From Synechococcales cyanobacterium VAR_4_metabat_354 (GTDB lineage Bacteria; Cyanobacteriota; Cyanobacteriia; Cyanobacteriales; Chamaesiphonaceae): DNA of 64,000 bases. Shown here one piece after another: positions 20,056 to 30,871 of the stretch. The position numbers and the translations under genes were made by a program. Under the pieces are notes generated by a model. It was not told the DNA's origin, searched no databases, and saw only the letters and a list, made by a program, of their open reading frames with translations. The DNA lies in NCBI GenBank assembly GCA_031414775.1, contig JANOQI010000036.1, forward strand, positions 1 to 64,000. Direction: 5' to 3'. Positions within the stretch are counted from its first letter, which is position 1; each line of letters opens with the position of its first letter.

Positions 20056-21183
20056 CTAACCCTGAATATTCAATAGCTGGGAAGTCAGTAATCGATCCAT
20101 CCAACCCTCAAAATAGGTGATGTTGGCAGCTTGTTCTTGCGGATCTAGACTGTCTAAAGCGTGAGGAGCCAGACCCAATATAGTGGCACTAGTCACGCAG
20201 TACATCGACTTTTGGAAACTTTGACAGATCTTGACCAATAGATCATCTTCCTGACGTTTGGTATTTTGATATATCTTATGCAAGTAGGGTGGCAAGTAGT
20301 GGCGCATATCTTGCATCAATAACGTTGGTGGAATGCCCGAGCCACCGACTGGCAAGGGATCGGCATACAAAGCCCCATAAGTAAATTGGTCTTGCACCAC
20401 TGGAATTTGGTGAGCTTGGGCATTGTAAGAAACCGTACCAAAGAAGGGTGTGCCGCGAAAGAAAACTGCTTCTACATAGGGAACAGCTACATCCATCAAA
20501 AAGGTCAGGCCAGCGGACGGCGGCAAAATATCGTAGCTCTGACCATTGATTTGGACACTGTAGTTGATTGGATTAGCGGCAGCAGCTACCAAGCCAGCCT
20601 TGATCCAGTCCACTACCTCTGGAATGGTTTGAACCTTACCCTGTTCATAAGCACAAGCTAGGGTGAGGAAGATTTCGGCCATTACTTGCCAAAACTGACC
20701 AAGAGCATTGTAGTAGACCATTTGGCGGATTTGTTCGGTCATAAACTCTGGAAAGAGTCGATGCAAAAGTTGCATCAGGGGATTGCCTTTGATTTTGACT
20801 TGAATTACTGGCTCAATTAACTGCCGAAACTCTGGTGATTCAATGTATTGTTCTAGTTTGCCGCCGCCGTGCCAGAGCATTACTTTCATGCAATATTCGG
20901 CATATTCAAAATTGATTCGATCGTGCCACCAGTGCCTGACTAACTGGGCGGTGGGTACCCCATCATTAAAATATTTAAAGAAAGGAAATATGTTGAGAAA
21001 CTCTCGATCGGCGATATGCAGCAAATTCTTTTGGTAGGCAGCTAAGACCTGGCCGTAACTATCCAAAATACCGACCACTTCCTGGACATTTTGCGGATTA
21101 TCGGGCAACAGAGATTGGCCATTGTAGAAGCGATCGATAAAAGGAGCCAGCCGATGGCAAGAGTTCGGGGTAGTTAAAGTCAT
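20056..21183 (-). CDS. cupB: CO2 hydration protein CupB (ChpX)
   Basis: HDRINFEYAEYC, GIPPTLLMQDMRHYLP; 375 aa; follows ndhF4/ndhD4. Confidence 0.88.
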   Translation of the reverse strand: MTLTTPNSCHRLAPFIDRFYNGQSLLPDNPQNVQEVVGILDSYGQVLAAYQKNLLHIADREFLNIFPFFKYFNDGVPTAQLVRHWWHDRINFEYAEYCMKVMLWHGGGKLEQYIESPEFRQLIEPVIQVKIKGNPLMQLLHRLFPEFMTEQIRQMVYYNALGQFWQVMAEIFLTLACAYEQGKVQTIPEVVDWIKAGLVAAAANPINYSVQINGQSYDILPPSAGLTFLMDVAVPYVEAVFFRGTPFFGTVSYNAQAHQIPVVQDQFTYGALYADPLPVGGSGIPPTLLMQDMRHYLPPYLHKIYQNTKRQEDDLLVKICQSFQKSMYCVTSATILGLAPHALDSLDPQEQAANITYFEGWMDRLLTSQLLNIQG

Positions 21184-22667
21184 GGTTGCAGAACAGAATG
21201 AGCGGAATTAACAGTAGAGATTAAGGCGGATGGTGGGAAGGTGGCCGTAATGGTGGGTTCACTCCAGCGGGTAATCCAACCTGGTTGCAGCCCAAATATG
21301 ATGATCGAGGCCGTTAGGATCATGGCCGGATAACGTTCTCGCCAAGTAACTGCTTCTAGGTTCTGAACCGGCGTAGACAGCCGACCAAAAAATGCCTTGT
21401 TAATCAACAACAGATAATAAACCGCCGTTAAGCCAGTGCCAATCATACAAAGTAAAGTTTGGACGGGGAAAACTGGAAAACTACCTCGAAAAATCAAGAA
21501 CTCCGCCACAAAGCCCACCATTCCTGGAATTCCGGCACTACCCATCACGGCCAACACCATCAAACTACCAATCACCGGCATCCCTCGTTCAGGATTAAGC
21601 AGACCACACAAAACATCGATATCGCGAGTCTTGGTTTTTTTATAAACTACTCCCACCAACAAAAACAACGCCGCCGAAATCAGGCCATGACTGACCATCT
21701 GAATCATGGCGGCAGACAGACTCAATGCCGTATTAGCCGCCGCTGCTAACAAAATATAACCCATATGGCTCACTGAACTGTAGGCCACCATTTTTTTCAT
21801 ATCTTTTTGGGCGATCGCCATCAAAGCGCCATACAAAACGCTGACAATCGCCCAGATCGACAGCCAGGGAGCCGCAATCGTCCAAGCCTCTGGAAATAAA
21901 CCCACACAGAAGCGCAAAATACCGTAGGTAGCCAGTTTCAGCAATACCCCAGCCAACAGTACCGAAATAGGGGTGGAGGCTTCGACGTGGGCATCTGGCA
22001 ACCAGGTGTGAAAGGGAAACAAAGGCATTTTGATGCCAAAGCCCAACAGCAGTGCACCTAGTAACAGAAACTGCTGGCTCAAGGGCAAAGCATGTGCTAG
22101 AGCTGGGTCATAAGTAAAGCTACCACTACCCCCAAACCAAGCTAGACCCAGAAAAGCAGCAAGAATCAAGGCTCCCGAGAAAGCTGTATAAATTAAAAAC
22201 TTGGTAGCAGCATAGGCGCGTCTTTGACCACCCCAAATGGCAATTAACAAATACAGGGGAATCAACTCCAGCTCGTAGGAGATGAAAAACAGCAATAAAT
22301 CCTGAGCCAGAAAAACGCCAGTCACCGCCGCATTCAATAACAAAATCAAGCTGTAGTAGAGGCGCGGTCGATCGATCTTTTCCTCACTGCTATAAATAGC
22401 CACCCAGGTCAATAAGCTATTCAGGGCGACCAAGGGCAAAGATAGCCCATCTACCCCCAAACGGTAGGACAAACCCAGGGCATCAATCCAGGTATAGTTT
22501 TCTACAAACTGCATCTGTGGATCGCTGAGGTTAAATTGAACCAACAAAAAAACAATCCAGCCGATCACCGCCGCCGCGACCCAAGAAGCGATCGATCGAG
22601 TATTTCCCGGCCACCAAGCAGCTAAAGCCGCACCCAATAGAGGCACTATCAATAAGGTACTAAGCAT
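21180..22667 (-). CDS. ndhD4: NDH-1 subunit D4
   Basis: NuoM motifs FHTWLPDAHVEA, AYSSVSHMG; operon context. Confidence 0.88.
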   Translation of the reverse strand: MLSTLLIVPLLGAALAAWWPGNTRSIASWVAAAVIGWIVFLLVQFNLSDPQMQFVENYTWIDALGLSYRLGVDGLSLPLVALNSLLTWVAIYSSEEKIDRPRLYYSLILLLNAAVTGVFLAQDLLLFFISYELELIPLYLLIAIWGGQRRAYAATKFLIYTAFSGALILAAFLGLAWFGGSGSFTYDPALAHALPLSQQFLLLGALLLGFGIKMPLFPFHTWLPDAHVEASTPISVLLAGVLLKLATYGILRFCVGLFPEAWTIAAPWLSIWAIVSVLYGALMAIAQKDMKKMVAYSSVSHMGYILLAAAANTALSLSAAMIQMVSHGLISAALFLLVGVVYKKTKTRDIDVLCGLLNPERGMPVIGSLMVLAVMGSAGIPGMVGFVAEFLIFRGSFPVFPVQTLLCMIGTGLTAVYYLLLINKAFFGRLSTPVQNLEAVTWRERYPAMILTASIIIFGLQPGWITRWSEPTITATFPPSALISTVNSAHSVLQP

Positions 22668-22683
22668 AATCACACCTAAATCA

Positions 22684-24531
22684 CTAAAACGACCAAAACA
22701 GCCCAGCAATCGTCAAACCGAGGAAGCCCACTCCGATCGCGATCGTCAGAAAATAGCTTTGTACTTGACCAGAAGTGCCATATTTCAAACCTTCACTGCT
22801 AAAAATTGTCGCAAAACCCACCGAGTTGACTAAGCCATCGACTATGTATCGATCGAACCAAGCCACCAACTGCGACATTTGATAAATTGCCCAAACCACT
22901 GTCACATCGTAGAACTTCTCCACATAAAAATCGTAGGTCAGCAGCTCTTGAATCCAAGGGACGGGAAACTTGAAGGGAGTGCGATCGATCAAAACAGCGG
23001 CGCGACAATAAAACCACCAACCACCAATCAAACCCAGCAAACTAGACAAGCTGATAGAGGCATATTCCCACAGACTAATATCATCTAAGTCGGGCAAAAG
23101 CGACAGTTTGGTCATAGCTGCGGGCACCAGCAAGGTAAAGATGGTCAGGAATACCATAGGCACTGCTAAAGGCCAAGGAACTTCCGGTGCTCGCCGGGTC
23201 TTCGGCTGGTTTGCCCCCAAAAATACCAACCCAAACACGCGGGTCAGGTTAAAAGCCGTCAAACCATTAACCACCAGCAAAACAGCAATCAGCCAGGGAT
23301 ACAATCGCAGATCTTCTAGACCCTCCTGGAAAGCCCAAAACCCCCCAAAAGGAAAAATCCCGATCATGGCCAGAGTACCCACGACATAAGCCAGGGTAGT
23401 AGCAGGCATACTCTTGGCCAACCCACCATATTCAGTCAAATCCTGATTGTTGGTGGTCAAAATCACACAGCCCACACTCATGAAAATCAGCGCCTTGGCA
23501 ATGGCATGAGCAAACAACAATAGCAGTGCAAAACTAATCCACTTAGCTCCGATCGCAATAAACACCAAACCCAAGTAGGCACTGGTGGAATAAGAAATAG
23601 AACGCTTAATATCGATTTGGGCGATCGAGACCAATGTTGCCCCCACTGCTGTCACTGTGCCGATCGCAATTAAAGTATTAGTCACCACCGGCGATAAATA
23701 CAAAATCGGGTGTACCTTAATCAGAATGTAGGCACCACCAGTTACCACCACTGAGTTTCGCAAAATTGAAGCCGGACTGGGGCCCTCCATCGCTTCATCC
23801 AGCCACAGATGCAAAGGAAATTGAGCACATTTGCCGATCGGACCTGCAATTAAAGCCAAACCAATCAGAGTCGCCGTCAAAGGCGAGATATCAGTAGTAT
23901 CACTCCAGTCATACAAGTCATTAAAATCCAAACTACCCGCAATACTAGACAGGGCAATGACTCCAGCAAACAGTACAATATCCCCCGCTCGCTTGGTCAA
24001 AAAAGCATCCCGCGCCGCTTTAACTACCAACGGCTGGGCATACCAAAAACCCACCAGCAGGTAGGTAGACAGAGTAAGTAGTTCCAGTAACCCATAGCTC
24101 ACCAGCAACGAATCACTAATGGCGACAGCACTCATCGCCCCTTCAAAAAAGCCCACCAACGCAAAAAATCTGGCTAGAGCCCAATCTTTTTCCATATAAC
24201 CCAAGGCAAAAACCTGAGCAATCAGACTGAGACCAGTCACTGACTCCATCGCCCCGACACTCACCGCCGACAGCTCAAAAGTGAGGTTCAAATCCAAACC
24301 AGCCACCGTCAGCCAATTAACAACAATGTGATGGGGGGCTTGATTCCAAACCAGCCGAAACACAGCAGTACCATGAATAAAAGCAACCACTGTCATCAAA
24401 ATATTCAAATATGCCGCTGGTCTAGGGCCTGTCCGCCGTACTAGCCTTGTCACCCACGGCAGGGTGAGCATAGCCCCGATCAGACCATAGCAAGGTATCA
24501 ACCAACCGGTGTCTAGTAAGAACTGCTCCAT
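22684..24531 (-). CDS. ndhF4: NDH-1 subunit F4
   Basis: RRTGPRPAAY, KCAQFPLHLWLDEAMEGP. Confidence 0.88.
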   Translation of the reverse strand: MEQFLLDTGWLIPCYGLIGAMLTLPWVTRLVRRTGPRPAAYLNILMTVVAFIHGTAVFRLVWNQAPHHIVVNWLTVAGLDLNLTFELSAVSVGAMESVTGLSLIAQVFALGYMEKDWALARFFALVGFFEGAMSAVAISDSLLVSYGLLELLTLSTYLLVGFWYAQPLVVKAARDAFLTKRAGDIVLFAGVIALSSIAGSLDFNDLYDWSDTTDISPLTATLIGLALIAGPIGKCAQFPLHLWLDEAMEGPSPASILRNSVVVTGGAYILIKVHPILYLSPVVTNTLIAIGTVTAVGATLVSIAQIDIKRSISYSTSAYLGLVFIAIGAKWISFALLLLFAHAIAKALIFMSVGCVILTTNNQDLTEYGGLAKSMPATTLAYVVGTLAMIGIFPFGGFWAFQEGLEDLRLYPWLIAVLLVVNGLTAFNLTRVFGLVFLGANQPKTRRAPEVPWPLAVPMVFLTIFTLLVPAAMTKLSLLPDLDDISLWEYASISLSSLLGLIGGWWFYCRAAVLIDRTPFKFPVPWIQELLTYDFYVEKFYDVTVVWAIYQMSQLVAWFDRYIVDGLVNSVGFATIFSSEGLKYGTSGQVQSYFLTIAIGVGFLGLTIAGLFWSF

Positions 24532-24972
24532 AAATCACACCCGATTATTATGTCAAGAAAAAATTTTAAAAATCACTGGCAGCAGCTCAGATAGATGCCG
24601 AAAGCGGACAAAGCATAATATCTTGAAATCTCCAACAGTGTAACTAATATCTCTTTAGCTCTCCCAAGTCAATCCATGATCCGCTCATAATCCGGATGCA
24701 TCATAGCAAGGGTCGTAATTGATTAAGATCTCTGATGACTAGAATTAAAAACAATAATTGTATATTATATTGCCAAACGCAACACCTAAATTGTATTGTT
24801 GAGTTTGACGTTTTATCATCAAAGTCTTGAGCTGACACTGACGGAATGTTAGAGCTTTTCTTGCAAGCAGGGAGAGCGATGCCTCCCATTGTCTGAAAAA
24901 GTTTCTGCGGTGATTAAAAATTTCGCTTATTAAAAAAAATAGCTAGCTAATTAATTTCGGAGAATTCCTCTT

Positions 24973-25281
24973 ATGTCAATTGCAGTTGGAATGATTGAAA
25001 CCAAAGGGTTTCCCGCAGTCGTCGAAGCTGCTGACGCGATGGTGAAAGCTGCTCGTGTTACCTTAGTTGGTTACGAAAAAATCGGTAGCGGTCGCGTAAC
25101 TGTAATTGTGCGCGGTGACGTTTCTGAAGTTCAAGCCTCCGTTGCAGCTGGTGTCGAGAATATCAAGCGCGTCAATGGTGGTGAAGTACTATCTACCCAC
25201 ATTATTGCTCGTCCTCACGAGAACTTGGAATTCGTCCTACCGATTCGTTACACCGAATCTGTCGAACAATTCCGTATGTAA
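24973..25281 (+). CDS. ccmK2: Carboxysome shell protein CcmK2
   Basis: BMC domain [10 protein letters not shown]..., 102 aa. Confidence 0.9.
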   Translation: MSIAVGMIETKGFPAVVEAADAMVKAARVTLVGYEKIGSGRVTVIVRGDVSEVQASVAAGVENIKRVNGGEVLSTHIIARPHENLEFVLPIRYTESVEQFRM

Positions 25282-25341
25282 TCTCTCACCAGAGATTTTT
25301 TCATTAGTATCTTAAATCAAATAAAATCTGGAGCAATTATT

Positions 25342-25674
25342 ATGTCTATTGCAGTTGGAATGATTGAAACCCTGGGGTTTCCCGCAGTTGTAGAAGCAGC
25401 TGACTCGATGGTCAAAGCAGCACGTGTCACCCTAGTTGGCTACGAAAAAATCGGTAGCGGTCGGGTAACTGTAATTGTGCGCGGTGACGTTTCTGAAGTT
25501 CAAGCCTCCGTTGCAGCTGGTGTCGAAAGCGTTAAGCGCGTCAACGGTGGTCAAGTGTTGTCCACTCACATTATCGCGCGTCCACACGAGAACCTCGAAT
25601 TCGTTCTACCTATTCGTTACACCGAAGCCGTAGAAGTATTCCGTGAAAGCTTAAGTGGTACTCGCGGCCGCTAA
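25342..25674 (+). CDS. ccmK1: Carboxysome shell protein CcmK1
   Basis: BMC domain with C-terminal extension, 110 aa. Confidence 0.88.
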   Translation: MSIAVGMIETLGFPAVVEAADSMVKAARVTLVGYEKIGSGRVTVIVRGDVSEVQASVAAGVESVKRVNGGQVLSTHIIARPHENLEFVLPIRYTEAVEVFRESLSGTRGR

Positions 25675-25974
25675 ATGAAAATCGCTAAAGCATTAGGCAC
25701 GGTCGTCAGCACCCAAAAAGAGCAGAGCCTACAAGGAGTTAAGTTGCTTCTCGTCCAATATCTGAATGAGGAAGGTCAACCGCTCCCAGAATATGAAGTA
25801 GCCGCCGATCTCGTTGGCGCTGGTGTAGGTGAGTGGGTACTGATTAGTATTGGTAGTGGTGCCAGGAAGGTTCCTGGTAACGAAAACCGTGCTTTAGATG
25901 CAGCGGTGGTGGCCATTATCGACACGGTCAATATTAACAACCGCTCCCTGTATAGCAAAAAAGATGGTGGCTAA
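25675..25974 (+). CDS. ccmL: Carboxysome vertex protein CcmL
   Basis: GTVVSTQK, D.VGAGVGEWVL, DAAVVAIID. Confidence 0.94.
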   Translation: MKIAKALGTVVSTQKEQSLQGVKLLLVQYLNEEGQPLPEYEVAADLVGAGVGEWVLISIGSGARKVPGNENRALDAAVVAIIDTVNINNRSLYSKKDGG

Positions 25975-26005
25975 CTAACAGCTAGTCCAAGGAGATTTAA
26001 AATTT

Positions 26006-27697
26006 ATGGTAGTTCGGAGTCGGAAAAGTGCTGCTCCTCCTACACCTTGGTCGAAGAGTCTAGCAGAACCAAAGATTCACCCTACTGCTTACGTTCACGC
26101 CTTTTCCCAGGTGATTGGCGATGTGCATATTGGTGCGAATGTCATGGTCGCGCCAGGCACATCGATTCGGGCAGATGAGGGGAATCCTTTTTTCATCGGC
26201 GAAAGTAGCAATATTCAAGATGGGGTAGTGATTCATGGTCTAGAAAAAGGACGGGTGATCGGCGACGATAACGCTCCTTACTCTGTCTGGATTGGGAATG
26301 ATACTTCTATTACTCACATGGCGCTGATCCACGGCCCAGCTTATGTGGGTAGTAACTGCTTTATTGGCTTTCGATCGACTGTTTTTAATGCCAAGGTTGG
26401 TGATGGCTGTGTAGTGATGCTGCACGCCCTGATTCAGGACGTGACCATTCCTCCCGGTAAGTACGTACCGTCGGGGGCAATTATTACCACCCAACAGCAG
26501 GCCGATCGACTACCAGATGTCCAGGCCGCAGATATGGAATTTACATCCCATATCATTGGTATTAATGAGGCACTAGCTTCTGGTTACCTATGTGCTAGTG
26601 ATGAAGATTGCATCGTACCACTACGCCAAGAATTGAGTGCGCTCCACGTAACCAATCACACGGCTGATATTAATAATTCCTCTAATTCCTCATCTACACC
26701 TATTACAACTATGTATAACAGTAATGTGAAGCTCCACCCTGAAGTCGTCAGCAGCGTCCGTCGCCTCTTATCACAGGGCTACCGCATAGGCACCGAACAT
26801 GCCAGCACTCGCCGCTTCCAAACTAGTTCTTGGGAAAATTGTTCCCCTTTCAATTCCAATCAAGAAAACGAAGTTCTCAATAACTTAGAATCTTGTCTGC
26901 AAGAACACAGCGGTGAATATGTACGCTTAATAGGCATTGACACTCAAGCTAAACGTCGGGTTCTAGAAACCATTATCCAACGTCCTAACGACAAACCCGG
27001 TCAGTCGGAAGTCCGTAGTGTTAGTACTTCTTTCGCCGCTGCTACCAGTAATGGTGGTGGTGCAAACACGGCTGGTGTTGGTTCCGATTTAGTTACCACT
27101 GTCCGCCAGTTGATTAATCAAGGTTGCCAGGTAGCTGTAGAAAGAGCAGATAAGCGCCGCTTCCAGACTAGTTCTTGGAATAGCTGTGGGCGGATTGAAG
27201 CTCAAAGTGAAGGTGCTATCTTAGCAGCAATTTCAGACTGTATTACCAACAATCCCAATGATTACGTGCGGGTAATTGGTGTTGATCCTCATGCTAAGCG
27301 CCGCGTTGCTGAAAAAATCGTCCATCGTCCTGGTCAGCCGCTAAATGCCAATATTACTAGCAGCGGTTCCAGTAGCTACGGTGCTAGCAATAAAACTAGC
27401 AGTTATGGTGGTGGCAGCGCCAGCAGCTCGGTATTACCGATCGATGCCGTAGAGTTAATCTCTCGGCTAGTCGCCCAGGGTTGTTTAATTACTACTGAAA
27501 TCGCTAATGAGCGCCGCTACAAAACCAGTTCTTGGGAAACTGGCGGAGCAATTACGGCGGGTAGTGCCGCAGCAGTAGTCCGGTCACTAGAAGGAATGAT
27601 CAGCAATCACAGCAAGTCTTATATCCGGGTGATTGGGGTTGATAAGAAAGCTAAAAGACGGGTTGCGGAGCAAGTGATCTACCGTCCAGGCAAATAA
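26006..27697 (+). CDS. ccmM: CcmM (gamma-CA domain + three RbcS-like domains)
   Basis: [17 protein letters not shown]; three RRF/YxTSSW...KRRV repeats; in-frame ATG at 26711 could give the short isoform. Confidence 0.95.
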   Translation: MVVRSRKSAAPPTPWSKSLAEPKIHPTAYVHAFSQVIGDVHIGANVMVAPGTSIRADEGNPFFIGESSNIQDGVVIHGLEKGRVIGDDNAPYSVWIGNDTSITHMALIHGPAYVGSNCFIGFRSTVFNAKVGDGCVVMLHALIQDVTIPPGKYVPSGAIITTQQQADRLPDVQAADMEFTSHIIGINEALASGYLCASDEDCIVPLRQELSALHVTNHTADINNSSNSSSTPITTMYNSNVKLHPEVVSSVRRLLSQGYRIGTEHASTRRFQTSSWENCSPFNSNQENEVLNNLESCLQEHSGEYVRLIGIDTQAKRRVLETIIQRPNDKPGQSEVRSVSTSFAAATSNGGGANTAGVGSDLVTTVRQLINQGCQVAVERADKRRFQTSSWNSCGRIEAQSEGAILAAISDCITNNPNDYVRVIGVDPHAKRRVAEKIVHRPGQPLNANITSSGSSSYGASNKTSSYGGGSASSSVLPIDAVELISRLVAQGCLITTEIANERRYKTSSWETGGAITAGSAAAVVRSLEGMISNHSKSYIRVIGVDKKAKRRVAEQVIYRPGK

Positions 27698-27725
27698 CTA
27701 AGTCAGCACATCACCCCCCACCTTC

Positions 27726-28268
27726 ATGAATTTGCTGCCATCTATGCCCCTCAACGATCGACCCACTGCTGTTAGTGGGAATGTGATGGTGCATCCGACA
27801 GCAAATGTGGCTACCGGGGTGATGTTGCACGCTGATGCGGGTAGTCAGTTGGTAATTGGAGCTGGTGCTTGTATTGGTTGGGGGTGTGTTTTGCACGCTC
27901 ACAACGGTACCTTAGTAATTGGAACTGGTGTGATTCTGGGGATGGGCACACTGGTGATCGGCAATAGCCAAGTGGGGGATTATGCTTGTATTGGGCCAGC
28001 CACCAGCGTCATTAATAGTAGTGTTGCAGCGCGAGCCATCGTACCACCTAATTCTTTGATTAATGCTGGTCAGCAATTACCAGTAGCCGAAAAAGTAGAA
28101 ACAAAATCTCAGCCAGTAGCAGCCCCCGGGGAGCCGCCGCTAGCCTCCACACCGGCTAAAACTGAAGCACTAGCCTTAGCAACCCCCATTGGTACTCCCA
28201 TCTATGGAAAGAAAAGTTTAGAGCGACTTCTGGCTACTTTGCGTAATGAAAAACCAGATTTGGAGTAG
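27726..28268 (+). CDS. ccmN: CcmN
   Basis: Hexapeptide repeats, linker, C-terminal IYGK..LERLL peptide. Confidence 0.88.
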   Translation: MNLLPSMPLNDRPTAVSGNVMVHPTANVATGVMLHADAGSQLVIGAGACIGWGCVLHAHNGTLVIGTGVILGMGTLVIGNSQVGDYACIGPATSVINSSVAARAIVPPNSLINAGQQLPVAEKVETKSQPVAAPGEPPLASTPAKTEALALATPIGTPIYGKKSLERLLATLRNEKPDLE

Positions 28269-28352
28269 TTGGGATTGATTCGGGCTAGATCAATTTATGA
28301 CCGATAGCACAGCAATATATACTTCTGATCAGCACTCCATTCGAGGTTCGCA

Positions 28353-29126
28353 ATGGCCGCCGCTAGACAACGTTCTCCTGATGATTTTACCGATCAGGCT
28401 CTCGGCTTGATTTCGACCCAAAGCTTTCCGGCGATCGTGGGAGTGGCCGATATGATGCTAAAGTCTTCTGGCGTAACGCTAGTGGGCTATGAAAAGATTG
28501 GAGCAGGTTATTGTACAGCAGTAGTGCGCGGGACAATTGCCAATGTAAAAATTGCAATCGAAGTCGGCATCGATACCGCCGAAAAGTTTGGTCAAGAAAT
28601 TTCTAGCACGATTATTGCCCGTCCTTTGCCTAATTTAGAATTAGTACTGCCGATCGGCAGCATTCTAGCGTTACTGACCAAGGGGAACGGCTCCAACAAG
28701 CTAGCGGGCAAAGCGATCGGACTCTTAGAGACCAGGGGATTTCCCGCACTGGTCGGGGCTGCTGATATTATGATGAAGGCCGCCGATATTCAAGTGGCCG
28801 CCTACGAAAAAATTGGCGAGGGCTTGTGTACAGTGATCATTAGAGGCGCTGTCACCGATGTGGCGATCGCCGTGGAAGCCGGGATGCAAGAAGCCGAACG
28901 CATTGGGGAACTGAGCGCCGTAATGGTGATTCCTCGCCCCTTGGACGATCTGGAAACAACTCTGCCAGTCAGTCAATACTGGGTTGAGAAACCCTTAATG
29001 CTACCGTTAGCCTCACCAGCCGTAGTAATACCACAGCAGCTAGAGCCAGCGTTAGAATTAGTGGAGTTGCCGCTGGTAGAATTCCCACAGCGGCTACAAT
29101 TGCCCAATGCCGAAGACAATGAGTAA
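28353..29126 (+). CDS. ccmO: CcmO tandem BMC protein
   Basis: Two BMC domains. Confidence 0.9.
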   Translation: MAAARQRSPDDFTDQALGLISTQSFPAIVGVADMMLKSSGVTLVGYEKIGAGYCTAVVRGTIANVKIAIEVGIDTAEKFGQEISSTIIARPLPNLELVLPIGSILALLTKGNGSNKLAGKAIGLLETRGFPALVGAADIMMKAADIQVAAYEKIGEGLCTVIIRGAVTDVAIAVEAGMQEAERIGELSAVMVIPRPLDDLETTLPVSQYWVEKPLMLPLASPAVVIPQQLEPALELVELPLVEFPQRLQLPNAEDNE

Positions 29127-29139
29127 ATAGATCATAAAT

Positions 29140-29382
29140 ATGGACAGTCAACAGTTTTTAACCACCGCAGAAGCAGTCGCTGTCGATCGATCATTGCTTT
29201 CCACCCACGAAAAATTCTTAACGCGCATTACGATTTCTTCGCTGCGCTTGCTGCAAAAGATTTCGGCAGATCAGGATGTGCCGGTAGCCGACTTAACACC
29301 AGAAATCGTCATTGCCTGGTTCGAGGCTGATAGTAAACGACAACTAGAGCAGGGCAAAGATGCTGCGGCTTTGCAATGGTAA
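29140..29382 (+). CDS. Hypothetical protein (80 aa)
   Basis: ATG 13 bp after ccmO; plausible globular sequence. Confidence 0.7.
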   Translation: MDSQQFLTTAEAVAVDRSLLSTHEKFLTRITISSLRLLQKISADQDVPVADLTPEIVIAWFEADSKRQLEQGKDAAALQW

Positions 29383-29412
29383 AGCCGATTCCAAGTAATA
29401 CATATTTTTGCA

Positions 29413-30672
29413 TTAACTACAAAATTTTTCTACACAACGGGCAAACATTTCCACCCCCACCATCAAGGCTGTTTCATCAAAATTAAAGCGGGGATGATGA
29501 TGCGGATAGGCCAAGTCTTGGTCAGGGTTAGCTGAACCCAAGAAAAAGTAACACCCCGGCACCTCCTGCAAAAAGAAGGACATGTCTTCGCCTCCCATCG
29601 TTTGGCATTCGGGCACAACACCCAAGGGTGTATCCACCAGATCGATCGCAATTGATTTCACTAACTCCGTGACCCGCTGATCATTAATTACGGCTGGATA
29701 AGTCGCTGTATAGCTCAACTGATAGGTCGCCTCATAAGCTTCACAAACCCCTTTGATCACAGCTTCGATCCGCTGCTGAAAGAATCCTTCTAGCTTGGGA
29801 TTGAAATAGCGCACGGTGCCACTCAGCTGGGCGGTGTCGGCAATAACATTTCTGGCTGTGCCAGATTTAAATTCCCCGATGGTAATGACGGCTGAATCGA
29901 TCGGATCAACATTGCGAGAGATGATCGACTGAAGAGCATTAACAATCTGCGCTCCCACCAACACCGCGTCCACAGTTTGGTGGGGCATTGCGCCATGACC
30001 ACCCCGCCCTTGAATTGTCAGGTCAAACTTTTCGACTGCCGCCATCAACGCTCCACTGCGGACTCCGATCGTTCCCAAGGGCAGATTATTCCAAAGATGT
30101 AAACCAACGATTGCATCAACTTCCGGGTTTTTCAGCACCCCCGCTGCAATCATCGGCTTCGCTCCACCAGGTCCCTCTTCAGCCGGTTGAAAGATGATTT
30201 TGACAGTACCAGCAAAATCATTTCGATGCTTGGATAAATAATAAGCTGTCATGAGGGCGATCGCGGTGTGGCCATCGTGACCACAGGCGTGCATCACCCC
30301 ATCATGCTGAGACTTGTAATCTACATTATTTTCTTCTTGGATCGGTAAGGCATCCATATCTGCTCGAATTGCTAGCCCCTTCAGATCGAAGCTGGTCTTT
30401 TTGCCTTGCAAAATTGCCACTATCCCAGTTTTGGCAATACCCGCTTGATGTTGAACGCTCCATTCTTGGAGCTTTTTCTGGATTAGATCGGCGGTCATTT
30501 GCTCCCGAAATCCTAGTTCAGGGTGTTGGTGCAGCTGTCGCCGCAAAGCTACAAGCTCTGGTTGCAGAGCTTGAATTTCTGGCCGAATATTGTTCAGATT
30601 GATCGGCTGCACTGGGGCATTGGTAGCAAAGAATGTTCGATCGAACATAGAAAATAGGGGTTGAGATTTCAA
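29413..30672 (-). CDS. M20D-family amidohydrolase
   Basis: HQHPELG, RADMDALP, MHACGHDGH, QPAEE, HHPRF; start may be 30648. Confidence 0.9.
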   Translation of the reverse strand: MKSQPLFSMFDRTFFATNAPVQPINLNNIRPEIQALQPELVALRRQLHQHPELGFREQMTADLIQKKLQEWSVQHQAGIAKTGIVAILQGKKTSFDLKGLAIRADMDALPIQEENNVDYKSQHDGVMHACGHDGHTAIALMTAYYLSKHRNDFAGTVKIIFQPAEEGPGGAKPMIAAGVLKNPEVDAIVGLHLWNNLPLGTIGVRSGALMAAVEKFDLTIQGRGGHGAMPHQTVDAVLVGAQIVNALQSIISRNVDPIDSAVITIGEFKSGTARNVIADTAQLSGTVRYFNPKLEGFFQQRIEAVIKGVCEAYEATYQLSYTATYPAVINDQRVTELVKSIAIDLVDTPLGVVPECQTMGGEDMSFFLQEVPGCYFFLGSANPDQDLAYPHHHPRFNFDETALMVGVEMFARCVEKFCS

Positions 30673-30778
30673 CTATCTTACTGCAACACCACTGACAGCG
30701 TTTGTGGTGGATGATGCTCAGATATCCTGACCGGATTGGGAACTTACATTAAGCTCAAAAATTCTGGAATATTTATCT

Positions 30779-30841
30779 TGATAATCACTTGCAAACTATT
30801 CTCAAAACTTTTACAATGACTATTGAAATATTTTATCAATA
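30779..30841 (+). promoter_or_regulatory. Putative sigma70 promoter overlapped by Fur-family-like boxes
   Basis: TTGCAA(30789)-N17-TACAAT(30812); TGATAATCACTTGCA, TGCAAACTATTCTCA, TATTGAAATATTTTATCAATA. Confidence 0.5.
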
Positions 30842-30871
30842 AATTTAGGTTTTAGGCTTAATATAAAATCA

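Noticed and set aside
24701..24889. 62-aa ORF in the ndhF4-ccmK intergenic region
   Set aside because: AT-rich divergent promoter region with no coding signal
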